DNA of 29,240 bases from Candidatus Dadabacteria bacterium (lineage in GTDB: Bacteria > Desulfobacterota_D > UBA1144 > Nemesobacterales > CSP1-2). The stretch spans positions 38,438 through 67,677 of the forward strand of contig PSLL01000014.1 in assembly GCA_040289575.1 (NCBI GenBank), given 5' to 3'. The notes beneath the pieces are model-generated. The model ran no database searches. It saw only the letters and a program-made list of their open reading frames with translations, and had not been told where the DNA came from. The translations under genes and the position numbers were made by a program. How positions within the stretch are numbered: position 1 is the stretch's first letter; each line of letters starts with the position of its first letter. Shown here piece after piece: positions 1 through 7,319 of the stretch.

Positions 1-2
1 CA

Positions 3-71
3 CTCGAATTAGACCCAGATTACGACTTCACAACCATTGTGGGTCTGCCGAGATTTGATCGAAACAGTTAG
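3..71 (+). CDS. Possible 3' end of a gene entering from the left edge (TPR-like tail)
   Basis: Open frame LELDPDYDFTTIVGLPRFDRNS* to TAG at 69-71. LELDPDY resembles the end of a TPR repeat. Converges on the 91..666 gene. Very short evidence. Confidence 0.3.
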   Translation, partial: LELDPDYDFTTIVGLPRFDRNS

Positions 72-90
72 CGTCAATAATAGCCTTATC

Positions 91-666
91 TTATTCCGTA
101 TTGTTGTCATACGTTGCAACCTTTATTATTTCACATCCAGATAAAACGAAGTTGACTATATTTACTTGGTTACCCAGGGCTGAGTATTGAGGAACCTGGG
201 ATTTACCCCTGAGTATTCCTCTCACCGTCAGAGGACTGCCGCTATTTAGGCTAAGTAAAATTCTCTGATTCTCCTGGAGCTTTGGACTGGTTATCTCATT
301 GCATTCAAGCTCTCCGTCTGCATTATTTTGACATTGCTCACCGGGCACACCAAGGAGACAGGTAACGGTACAACCCGTTTGTGCAACCTCCCCGTATTGA
401 TTATTTTTCGGTGTCGGAGAAATTATCAATTCGGCAATGAAATTTATTTTGTTCCCTAGAAATGCTTTTCTCTTATTTTCGATTGATGATAAGCTCCCGG
501 AGAGTATTAATTCATTGTCCTTTAATTCTGCAAAACCGCTATCGGATGAAGCCTTAGAGCATAGCCGGTCTACAGACATTACAGACGGACTCTTCCCTTC
601 ATCCGCTTTTGAGATAACAACGATCCCTATCGTTATTGACAATACTAAGACTATAATTTTTAACAT
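91..666 (-). CDS. Secreted hypothetical protein, possible OB-fold (tRNA_anti-like) with Cys-rich insert
   Basis: Hydrophobic N-terminal signal ending SKA-D and a G-rich SD upstream (GTG 669 or ATG 666). C-terminal LTVRG...FVLSGCEI pattern resembles extracytoplasmic OB-fold proteins. Six cysteines. Confidence 0.65.
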   Translation of the reverse strand: MLKIIVLVLSITIGIVVISKADEGKSPSVMSVDRLCSKASSDSGFAELKDNELILSGSLSSIENKRKAFLGNKINFIAELIISPTPKNNQYGEVAQTGCTVTCLLGVPGEQCQNNADGELECNEITSPKLQENQRILLSLNSGSPLTVRGILRGKSQVPQYSALGNQVNIVNFVLSGCEIIKVATYDNNTE

Positions 667-684
667 CACTCCCCCCCTTATAAA

Positions 685-999
685 TTAATCCTCTTCCTTC
701 TTTGCCGCTCCTGCGGCCGATTGGGTTTTAGGCTTTAGAGCCTCGGCTATTATCTCGGACATCTTCTCTTCCTTAATCACCTGCTTTCCCCTGCCGTCAT
801 CAATGATAAACTCAGTAGCCGTTTTAAGAGCCTCATCAATATCAATCTGAAACGGCTCATTAAATGAGTTCTTTCCGGGTATTTTCGCAATCCCGTGTTT
901 ATTGACCACACACAACTCACCCGAGTTTTTATCCCTAAAACCCACTTCTACCCTTTTTTCAATTGCGAATTTCCTTAGATCTAAAAGTTTTATCGACAT
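685..999 (-). CDS. Hypothetical cytoplasmic protein (~104 aa)
   Basis: AAGGAGG SD about 6 nt before ATG 999, protein-like composition, co-oriented with neighbours. Confidence 0.75.
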   Translation of the reverse strand: MSIKLLDLRKFAIEKRVEVGFRDKNSGELCVVNKHGIAKIPGKNSFNEPFQIDIDEALKTATEFIIDDGRGKQVIKEEKMSEIIAEALKPKTQSAAGAAKKEED

Positions 1000-1134
1000 T
1001 GCCAACCTCCTTACTAAAACAAAAACTTAGTAGAATTTAATATTAACAGCAACGGATTAGATAGAAAACCCCGACTATATCATTCTCGCTACGCCTTCCG
1101 CATCATCACAGTACATTTGAATTCTCCTCTAGAA

Positions 1135-1554
1135 TCACTGTAGCTTCTCATCCACCTTCTTTGGCACCGGCATAGGTGAGGCATGGTGGTGAACCATGAG
1201 CCAACTGGAGCCCTGGCGCTCAAATATGTTTGTCGCTTGAGCCAGATTTATCTGAATCTGGTCTCTAATTATATAGCTTATATGTTCAATGCATGTAACC
1301 CAAGCCAAATCCCCCGATACCTCCACGGTGATGTTCGATATTTGAACCTTTACCGGAACCCCTGAGTCAAATATGTTTTTCCAGCTCTGCTTGATCGCCT
1401 CCCAACCCCAGAGCATAGGCCAGCCTGGGTGGACACATTTTACTTTTGGGTCTTTTAACCAGACCTCTTCCATCAAATCGAGTTTGCCGTTCTCAAGCGC
1501 TCGGTAGAATTTCTCATTTACCCTGAGCACCTCTTTGGATTGTTCATCAGACAT
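1135..1554 (-). CDS. NTF2/SnoaL-like domain protein
   Basis: NEKFYRALE, CVHPGW..L.GWEAI..SW, AWVTC.E, QATNIF and W.MVHHHAS motifs typical of SnoaL_3/NTF2 proteins. GGAGG SD before ATG 1554. Confidence 0.9.
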   Translation of the reverse strand: MSDEQSKEVLRVNEKFYRALENGKLDLMEEVWLKDPKVKCVHPGWPMLWGWEAIKQSWKNIFDSGVPVKVQISNITVEVSGDLAWVTCIEHISYIIRDQIQINLAQATNIFERQGSSWLMVHHHASPMPVPKKVDEKLQ

Positions 1555-1571
1555 AATCAACCTCCAGTGTA

Positions 1572-1652
1572 AAAAGGAGTCAGAATCCAGAAATTAAGGG
1601 TCAGAATAAAATTCACATTCTGAATTCTGACCTTTGTCCCCCGACTCCTTTT
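1572..1652. repeat. Imperfect ~81-bp palindrome with TCAGAA/TTCTGA units across the queG stop codon
   Basis: AAAAGGAGTC (1572-1581) pairs with GACTCCTTTT (1643-1652). AAGGGTCAGAAT (1596-1607) pairs, with one mismatch, with ATTCTGACCTTT (1624-1635). Confidence 0.7.
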
Positions 1653-2775
1653 GGTATAAAATAGAAACTATCTCATCTCTAACCATAGTGTCGGATTCAA
1701 TATTGAGTTGATCTGATAAAGTTTTATAAGAATTCTCACCCTCGAGTTTCCAAAGAGCCCACGCCGCATGGACTCTAACTATTGGGTCTTTATCATCCAG
1801 GGCTTCTTTAATGTGGGGAACAAACTCTTTTGAGCCTGAATTCCCCATTGCAATGAGGACATTTCTAAGAAATCCCTTTCTCTTTGCTCTCTTAATCGGG
1901 TTCCCTTTAAAAATCATTCTAAAATCCTCTTCGCTCAATTTTATAAGAGAAGAGAGTTTGGGATTGTATAGGCCATCTCTCGGCTGAAACGATGGTTCAT
2001 CTGTAATTTTTGCCCTTCTATTCCACGGACAGACATCCTGGCATATATCACAGCCGAAAATATTATTCCCCACTTTATCCCTGAGTTCTATGGGGATTTT
2101 CCCCCTAAGCTCTATGGTCATGTATGAAATGCAGAGCCTTGAGTCAAGAACATATGGTTCAACAATCGCCCCGGTCGGACAGGCATCAATACAACGCGTG
2201 CATATACCGCATCTGTCTGGGACAGGAATATCGTAATCAAGTTCAAGATCCGTTATTATCTCCCCGATAAAAATCCAGGAGCCGATTCTCTGGTTTACAA
2301 TACATGTGTTCTTTCCAAACCATCCTATTCCCGAATACTTTCCATAAACCCTGTCAAGAACCGGGCCGGTATCGGCGTATATAAGGGCTTTTGTTCCTCT
2401 CGGACTTATTCGTTTAATAAAATCCAGCAGAATTAGAAGCCTACTCTTCATAATGTCGTGATAATCATCGCCCCATGCGTATCGCGAAATCCACCCCTTT
2501 TGCCTGTCATTTTCCTTAATCGAGTATGGATAATCGGTATTGTAGTTTAGTCCGCACGATATGACAGATTTTGCTTCAGGAAACACACTCTTGACGTTTT
2601 CTCTCCTCTCCGGCTCCTTCTCCATGTATTTCATCTCACCCGCAAACCCTCTTGCGAGCCACTCTTTGTAAAACTGGTTCTCGGGAAATGAGCCAACTGG
2701 GGATATGCCCACTAAATCAAACCCAATCTCCAGTGCCCTCTCTTTTATGGATTTGGAGAGATTTATACCAGACAT
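1594..2775 (-). CDS. queG: tRNA epoxyqueuosine(34) reductase with C-terminal HEAT repeat
   Basis: ISRYAWGDDYH, DTGPVLDR, GIGWFGKN, CGICTRCIDACPTGA and FGCDICQDVCPWN 4Fe-4S motifs, plus RNVLIAMGN and HEAT-like VRVHAAWAL. Confidence 0.97.
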   Translation of the reverse strand: MSGINLSKSIKERALEIGFDLVGISPVGSFPENQFYKEWLARGFAGEMKYMEKEPERRENVKSVFPEAKSVISCGLNYNTDYPYSIKENDRQKGWISRYAWGDDYHDIMKSRLLILLDFIKRISPRGTKALIYADTGPVLDRVYGKYSGIGWFGKNTCIVNQRIGSWIFIGEIITDLELDYDIPVPDRCGICTRCIDACPTGAIVEPYVLDSRLCISYMTIELRGKIPIELRDKVGNNIFGCDICQDVCPWNRRAKITDEPSFQPRDGLYNPKLSSLIKLSEEDFRMIFKGNPIKRAKRKGFLRNVLIAMGNSGSKEFVPHIKEALDDKDPIVRVHAAWALWKLEGENSYKTLSDQLNIESDTMVRDEIVSILYQKESGDKGQNSECEFYSDP

Positions 2776-2784
2776 ATACGGGTT

Positions 2785-2793
2785 ATTTTATCA
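2785..2793 (-). promoter_or_regulatory. Extended -10 element (TGaTAAAAT) 9 nt upstream of the queG ATG
   Basis: TGn-TAAAAT on the minus strand with no SD between it and the start codon. Confidence 0.45.
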
Positions 2794-2814
2794 CATTCGT
2801 GTTTATTATCTCCC

Positions 2815-3024
2815 CTATTTTGTCGGTCTCTTTGGCTCAGGGAATCCAAATGTGTTATCCGTCATTTCTCCAACTGGCTCTTCCTCATCGAAGATGACAT
2901 AAGCACCGGCATTCAGATTCTTGAACTGGCCCCTGCGCACAGCCCAAATAAAAGCACATAGCGCCATAAATCCACCTAGGAGGACAACTACGATTAAAAT
3001 AAGAACACCCAGGGGAAAACTCAT
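2815..3024 (-). CDS. ccoS: cbb3-type cytochrome oxidase assembly protein CcoS/FixS
   Basis: Single TM helix followed by AFIWAVRRGQFKNL..GA..IFDE, the FixS/CcoS signature. ATG 3024 preferred. Confidence 0.88.
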   Translation of the reverse strand: MSFPLGVLILIVVVLLGGFMALCAFIWAVRRGQFKNLNAGAYVIFDEEEPVGEMTDNTFGFPEPKRPTK

Positions 3025-3031
3025 GGCTTTT

Positions 3032-3037
3032 ATTATA
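3032..3037 (-). promoter_or_regulatory. -10 hexamer TATAAT 7 nt upstream of the ccoS ATG (leaderless start)
   Basis: Minus strand reads GGGTATAATAAAAGCC-ATG. Perfect -10 hexamer, no SD. Confidence 0.5.
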
Positions 3038-3064
3038 CCCACTTAAACGAGTTTTTCTTTAATC

Positions 3065-3271
3065 CTATTGATCTTCCTTTCTCATTGAAAGACCAAAGGG
3101 CATATAGACTGGACACGCCCCTACGAAGCTTGTCAAAATAAATGCAATTGCTATGATACCTAAAACAATCGCGGCTGTGCCACTTATATGGTGGGTGAAA
3201 TAAAGGATACCTATAATAATGGCTATTATCATTCTTATAATCCGATCTAATGTTCCCATGTTTTTTCTCAT
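3065..3271 (-). CDS. DUF2892 / YgaP-like membrane protein
   Basis: KNMGTLDRIIR, two TM helices and TS.VG.CP.Y..FGLS signature. AAGGAGG SD upstream. Confidence 0.93.
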   Translation of the reverse strand: MRKNMGTLDRIIRMIIAIIIGILYFTHHISGTAAIVLGIIAIAFILTSFVGACPVYMPFGLSMRKEDQ

Positions 3272-3427
3272 CAACCTTTCCTCCTTGTTATCTTAAGAAC
3301 CCTAATAAAGCCACCTTATGAGATAGACTGATCCAACTACAACGCCGACACAGAATAAACAAACAAAAAAACAGTTTTACAAACTTTGATTTAGTGCTAC
3401 TCATGTTTCGTTCCCATTACTCAATTC

Positions 3428-3436
3428 TGTTATAAT
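3428..3436 (+). promoter_or_regulatory. Extended -10 promoter (TGtTATAAT) of the ECF sigma gene
   Basis: Perfect TGn-TATAAT. It implies the ATG at 3451 rather than 3439 is used. Confidence 0.55.
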
Positions 3437-3438
3437 AA

Positions 3439-4116
3439 ATGCAAAACGGCATGGAAAAGTTACAAAAGAGAAAAATAGCGGCGGAGAAGATATCTAAAAT
3501 CCTCGATGATATTAAGGATGATAAGCCCAATACTATAGACCAATTTTTAAAAGAGATTCAGCAATTGGTACTCTCTTTCGGTATGAAGGTATGTGGCAGA
3601 CACCTAGAAGATGCCCAGGATACAATGCAAGAGGTGCTTATTGAGTTTTTCCGAGGGGCTAGAAGGCTCAAATTTAATAACCCCAAGGCCCTAACGGTTT
3701 GGCTATATAAGGTAGCAAAAAACGCCTGCCTTATGAGTAGGCGTAAGAGAAAGTATGAGCCTAAGGATACACTCTCTTTTGACAGCCCCATACCTAAGGG
3801 CAAAAACGAAGAGAGAAAAAGACAAGAGATTCCCGACTGGTCAAGGATTCCGGATAGGGCAGTTCTTGAAAGAGAAAATCAAAATATTATACAAAAAGCA
3901 TTGCTTGAAGTTCCATTTGATTACAGATTGGTTCTGGTGCTGCGCGATATGGAGGGGCTTTCAACAAAAGAGGTCTCAAAGGTCGTTGGAATAAGCGAAG
4001 CAAATGTAAAGGTCAGGCTTCACCGTGCGAGATTACTTATGAGGAATGCACTTTCTAAATATCTCAATTCGATCTACAAAAAAGGAGAGGAAGTTGAAAA
4101 AGAAACTCAATTGTAA
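3439..4116 (+). CDS. ECF-subfamily RNA polymerase sigma factor (true start may be ATG 3451)
   Basis: Region 2 (EDAQDTMQEV...WLYKVAKN) and region 4.2 (YRLVLVLRDMEGLSTKEVS..VGISEANVKVRLHRAR). Overlaps the downstream anti-sigma gene. Confidence 0.95.
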   Translation: MQNGMEKLQKRKIAAEKISKILDDIKDDKPNTIDQFLKEIQQLVLSFGMKVCGRHLEDAQDTMQEVLIEFFRGARRLKFNNPKALTVWLYKVAKNACLMSRRKRKYEPKDTLSFDSPIPKGKNEERKRQEIPDWSRIPDRAVLERENQNIIQKALLEVPFDYRLVLVLRDMEGLSTKEVSKVVGISEANVKVRLHRARLLMRNALSKYLNSIYKKGEEVEKETQL

Positions 4117-4363
4117 GGAGATAATCTCATTTCTCTCGATGTACCTGGATAAAGAGCTCGATGACTCTTTATGTGCTCACATAAAGAGTCATATGAAGAA
4201 TTGCCGACCCTGTAAAGCACTCTTGAACACATTGCGTAAGACCATAAAGTTGTGTAGAGAATTCAAACCCAAAGAAGCTTATCGAATCCAAAAGGTAAAA
4301 CTACGCAAGGACTTAGAAAAGGAAATAGAGGATTTTAAAAGGTTTATCCAAACAACAAGATAA
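4094..4363 (+). CDS. Soluble zinc-binding anti-sigma factor (zf-HC2/ZAS)
   Basis: TTG start at 4094 after AAAGGAGAGG SD, overlapping the sigma stop. C..I..FLS.YLD.EL...HMKNCRPC = HxxxCxxC. No TM helix. Confidence 0.9.
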   Translation: MKKKLNCKEIISFLSMYLDKELDDSLCAHIKSHMKNCRPCKALLNTLRKTIKLCREFKPKEAYRIQKVKLRKDLEKEIEDFKRFIQTTR

Positions 4364-4423
4364 AAATCTATACGCTAACCGAAGCCATATTAATAATCAG
4401 AGAATCGAAATCCCTATATAGTC

Positions 4424-4717
4424 TTATTCCTTTTTCCCGTAATACTTCGTTAAATAGTCAACTATTTTGGGGATATCCTCTTTCCTAATAGGGGCACCGT
4501 AGACACTGACCATCTTATTTACAGTCTTTTCCCAACCCGCTCTATCAAGAAACGGCGAGTTCATAACTGGATAATCAAGGCTATGGCAGATTGCACAATT
4601 GCCCTCTACCAATTCCCTTCCGGGGCCATCTCTTAGCCCTATCGGTTGTTCCTGACCAAAGGCCTGAACAAAAAATAGACAGAGGAATAAAAAGGCTGAG
4701 AATAAAAATCGCTTCAT
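4424..4717 (-). CDS. sorB: Sulfite dehydrogenase cytochrome c subunit (SorB-like)
   Basis: Sec signal peptide, CAICH heme motif, SLDY...W...V.KMV.VYGAPI with Met axial ligand. Directly downstream of sorA. Confidence 0.88.
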   Translation of the reverse strand: MKRFLFSAFLFLCLFFVQAFGQEQPIGLRDGPGRELVEGNCAICHSLDYPVMNSPFLDRAGWEKTVNKMVSVYGAPIRKEDIPKIVDYLTKYYGKKE

Positions 4718-4741
4718 GAGAAGATCCCCTCAAGTGCATAT

Positions 4742-5977
4742 TTAAACTACGCTTAGGCCAATAAGCTGTACCACATTGTTGTGATATCCAGCGGGATTCC
4801 GTATAAGCTCAAAGACTTGACTCTGGCCTATCTGGTTTGTCGCTCTTGCCATTACTGTATATTTACCCCTCCTAGGAGGCCTAAACACAAAGCTCCACTG
4901 TCTCCAAGAAAAACTTCCATAGTCCTTACCAAGTTCTGCCTCCTGCCAGGTATTGCCCCTGTCTATAGAGGCCTCCACCATCTTCATACCGTATCCTCCG
5001 TCCCATGCTACACCTCTTATTTCAATTGGCTGACCTAGTCTGAATATCTGACCATCCTCAATATTGGTTATAAGGGAATTTACAACCATCTCGGTAATAG
5101 GTGTATCGGCCTCAGTCTCTTGTGATACAAATCGCTCTACTATTGGGAACCTACCGTTTGGAATCCTATAAGCCTTCTTTACCCAATATCCATCGAATGG
5201 CTTTGATATGACGTTTATATCAGTAATGTGCTTGACCCAGTACGTAGCAGTCCAGCCAGGGACAATAACCCTTGCCGGAAACCCGTTCCAATGTGGCAAA
5301 GGCTCTCCGTTCATCTCATATGCCACTAATGTGTTCTCATTAATGGCCTTCCATAGAGGAAGGCTCTTTACAAAATCAGGCGTAGCCGGAAGAACAGGGC
5401 CATCTGCCCCATTCAATGTCACCTCCAAGGCACTTGCTCTTATTCCCGCCCTGTTGAGTATGTCTTTGAGCCTCACTCCCTTCCACTTTGCATTCCCCAT
5501 AGCCCCATAACCCCACTGCACCCCCGGCACATGTGGTTTGAATAGACCTCTTCTATTTCCGGAGCACTGGTTTAGAGCCACTATCTCTATAGGCTCAAAA
5601 CCCCTTTTGAGATCATCCATAGTGAGTTCAAGTGGCTTATCCACCGCATCTCCACCTATCCTCAATCTCCACCGTTTCACATCTACCTGAGGTATATTGG
5701 ATAGGTGATACCTGACAAAGAAAACATCATTAGGTGTAAAGATATCGCTAAAATACCTAATAGGGGTTTCATAATTTGGTGGTCTATAGCTCCTTTTGAT
5801 AAGGGATTTTTTGCCGGGCAGGACAGCCATTATTGATTCTCGAAGAGTACCCTTGGGAAGGCCCTCTGGTCCCATGAAGTCCATACCGAATATATATTCT
5901 GGCTCAAAGAATCTACCAGCAGCCATTGCAAAGCTACACGCCACTCCTTTTAAAAATCCCCTCCGGCTGATCATCAC
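4742..5977 (-). CDS. sorA: Tat-exported molybdopterin sulfite dehydrogenase (SorA-like, sulfite oxidase family)
   Basis: Tat motif SRRGFLK, FFVRYH (Arg/His active-site pair), QCSGNRR (Mo-ligating Cys), NGFPAR..VPG, AYRIP Tyr and a C-terminal Mo-co dimerisation domain. Confidence 0.92.
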   Translation of the reverse strand: MMISRRGFLKGVACSFAMAAGRFFEPEYIFGMDFMGPEGLPKGTLRESIMAVLPGKKSLIKRSYRPPNYETPIRYFSDIFTPNDVFFVRYHLSNIPQVDVKRWRLRIGGDAVDKPLELTMDDLKRGFEPIEIVALNQCSGNRRGLFKPHVPGVQWGYGAMGNAKWKGVRLKDILNRAGIRASALEVTLNGADGPVLPATPDFVKSLPLWKAINENTLVAYEMNGEPLPHWNGFPARVIVPGWTATYWVKHITDINVISKPFDGYWVKKAYRIPNGRFPIVERFVSQETEADTPITEMVVNSLITNIEDGQIFRLGQPIEIRGVAWDGGYGMKMVEASIDRGNTWQEAELGKDYGSFSWRQWSFVFRPPRRGKYTVMARATNQIGQSQVFELIRNPAGYHNNVVQLIGLSVV

Positions 5978-6033
5978 TGTGTGTCTCCTTAAATGAATAT
6001 GGTGTGAATCGCCACGCAGTGTGGAGAGTATAT

Positions 6034-6510
6034 CTATTTACTCCTCTCCCCTGCACTGTGACGCTTTATATAATCCTCAAAGAATTTTTTTTAATTGTGG
6101 CTCCGACTCACAATCGAATCCAAGGCTCTGAGCCCTTTCAAAAGCCTGATTTACTGTCCATCCATTTTCAACTGCAATATGGAGCAATACCATTGCCCCT
6201 GCACGTTTTGCGCTTCCACAGTGGACAAAAATAGGGGGTTCTATTCCTTTTTTCGAGTTCCTTAATCTTTTCAGAAATGTACCCTATAGTTTCATCGCTC
6301 ATGGTTTTTTTGTAACAGGGATATTTATATAATCAAGCCCCAATTCCCCAGTTCTGACTCGCTCTTCCTCTGGCTTTAGAATACTCTCCTCAGACGGAGA
6401 TTTCAGGTTAATGACACTATGAAATCCCTTTGCCTTTATGGCACTTAGATCAGTTTCACTCGGCTGGCCTCCAATAAAAATATCATCGGTTACCTTCCTT
6501 GGCTGATTTA
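6034..6510 (-). pseudogene. Frameshifted DUF442 / PTP-like sulfurtransferase gene
   Basis: Hand translation of the minus strand: KVTDDIFIGGQPSETDLSAIKAKGFHSVINLK...GLDYINIPV / MSDETIGYISEKIKELE / PPIFVHCGSAKRAGAMVLLHIAVENGW...AQSLGFDCESEPQLKK / FFEDYIKRHS*. Three frame breaks (~6305, ~6250, ~6088) and no intact start. Confidence 0.85.
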
Positions 6511-7267
6511 TTGCATCATGCCACCAGGAACCCCATTGCTGGTACTCTGGACACCCGGGCTTTGAACAGGTCTCGCCACCGGAGGTTGGTCCTGAAGAAG
6601 CATATGGACGAAATCCCTTTTAGACATAGACTGGAGGAGATGGTTAAACCGCTTTTCAAAACCGACGGTTGAGCTTCGTTTGCTCCCTAAGTTCTTCCCA
6701 CAAAGAGATCTTTCTCCATGCGCGGGATAAACCTCCACCCAGTCGGGTAATTGAACGAGTTTTGTGTGTATGCTTTCGTAGAGCTTTTCTGTAAGCTCTT
6801 CAGAGACCCTGTCTCTCAGGAGATCCGGACGTCCTATATCACCAACAAAAAGAAAATCCCCGGTAAATACCATCCAGGGCTCCTCACTGCGACTTGTATC
6901 TGTAATAGTAAAGATGATGTGCTCAGGGGTGTGTATAACTTTTATCTTATACTGACCTAAGTATATTTCGTCCCCTTCTTTTATTGGTATGTGGTCAAAC
7001 TCATACCGCCACTTGCTGCCCCTATGAGAGCTAAGATAGATCTTTGCCCCTGTTTTCTCCGCAAGCTCCCCTGAGCCAGATACAAAATCCGCATGTATAT
7101 GGGTCTCAAAAATATGAGTGATTTTCATCCCCTCCTGTTTTGCCACATCTAGATATATATCCACATCCCTAGATCGGATCTATAACGGCCACCGATCCAA
7201 GGGATTTATTTCCCACCATATATGACATTGCGGCAAGCCCCTCAACGTAGAATTGTCTGAAAAACAA
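6508..7267 (-). pseudogene. Decayed MBL-fold persulfide dioxygenase-rhodanese fusion (CstB/Blh-like)
   Basis: TTG 7267 after GGGGAGG gives MFFRQFYVEGLAAMSYMVG...AVIDPI*, then a frameshift at ~7170 into RDVDIYL...ETHIHADF...FTGDFLFVGDIGRPDL...YPAHG..SLCG. HTPGHTPEH has collapsed to HTPEH. The rhodanese region is deleted, leaving only a VPGGM-type tail. Confidence 0.85.
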
Positions 7268-7288
7268 GTCTTGTCCTCCCCTTTACTT

Positions 7289-7315
7289 TTTGCACCTACA
7301 CTTAACAAGTGCAAA
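7289..7315. promoter_or_regulatory. Inverted repeat TTTGCAC-N13-GTGCAAA upstream of the sulfur operon SD
   Basis: Perfect 7-bp arms at 7289-7295 and 7309-7315. Candidate operator or leader hairpin. Confidence 0.4.
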
Positions 7316-7319
7316 GCCC

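Noticed and set aside
4046..4093. Longer start for the anti-sigma ORF
   Set aside because: It lies within the sigma gene. TTG 4094 has a strong SD and puts the first Cys at the usual position.
6004..6234. 76-aa plus-strand ORF
   Set aside because: Antisense to the DUF442 remnant, which carries the recognisable motif.
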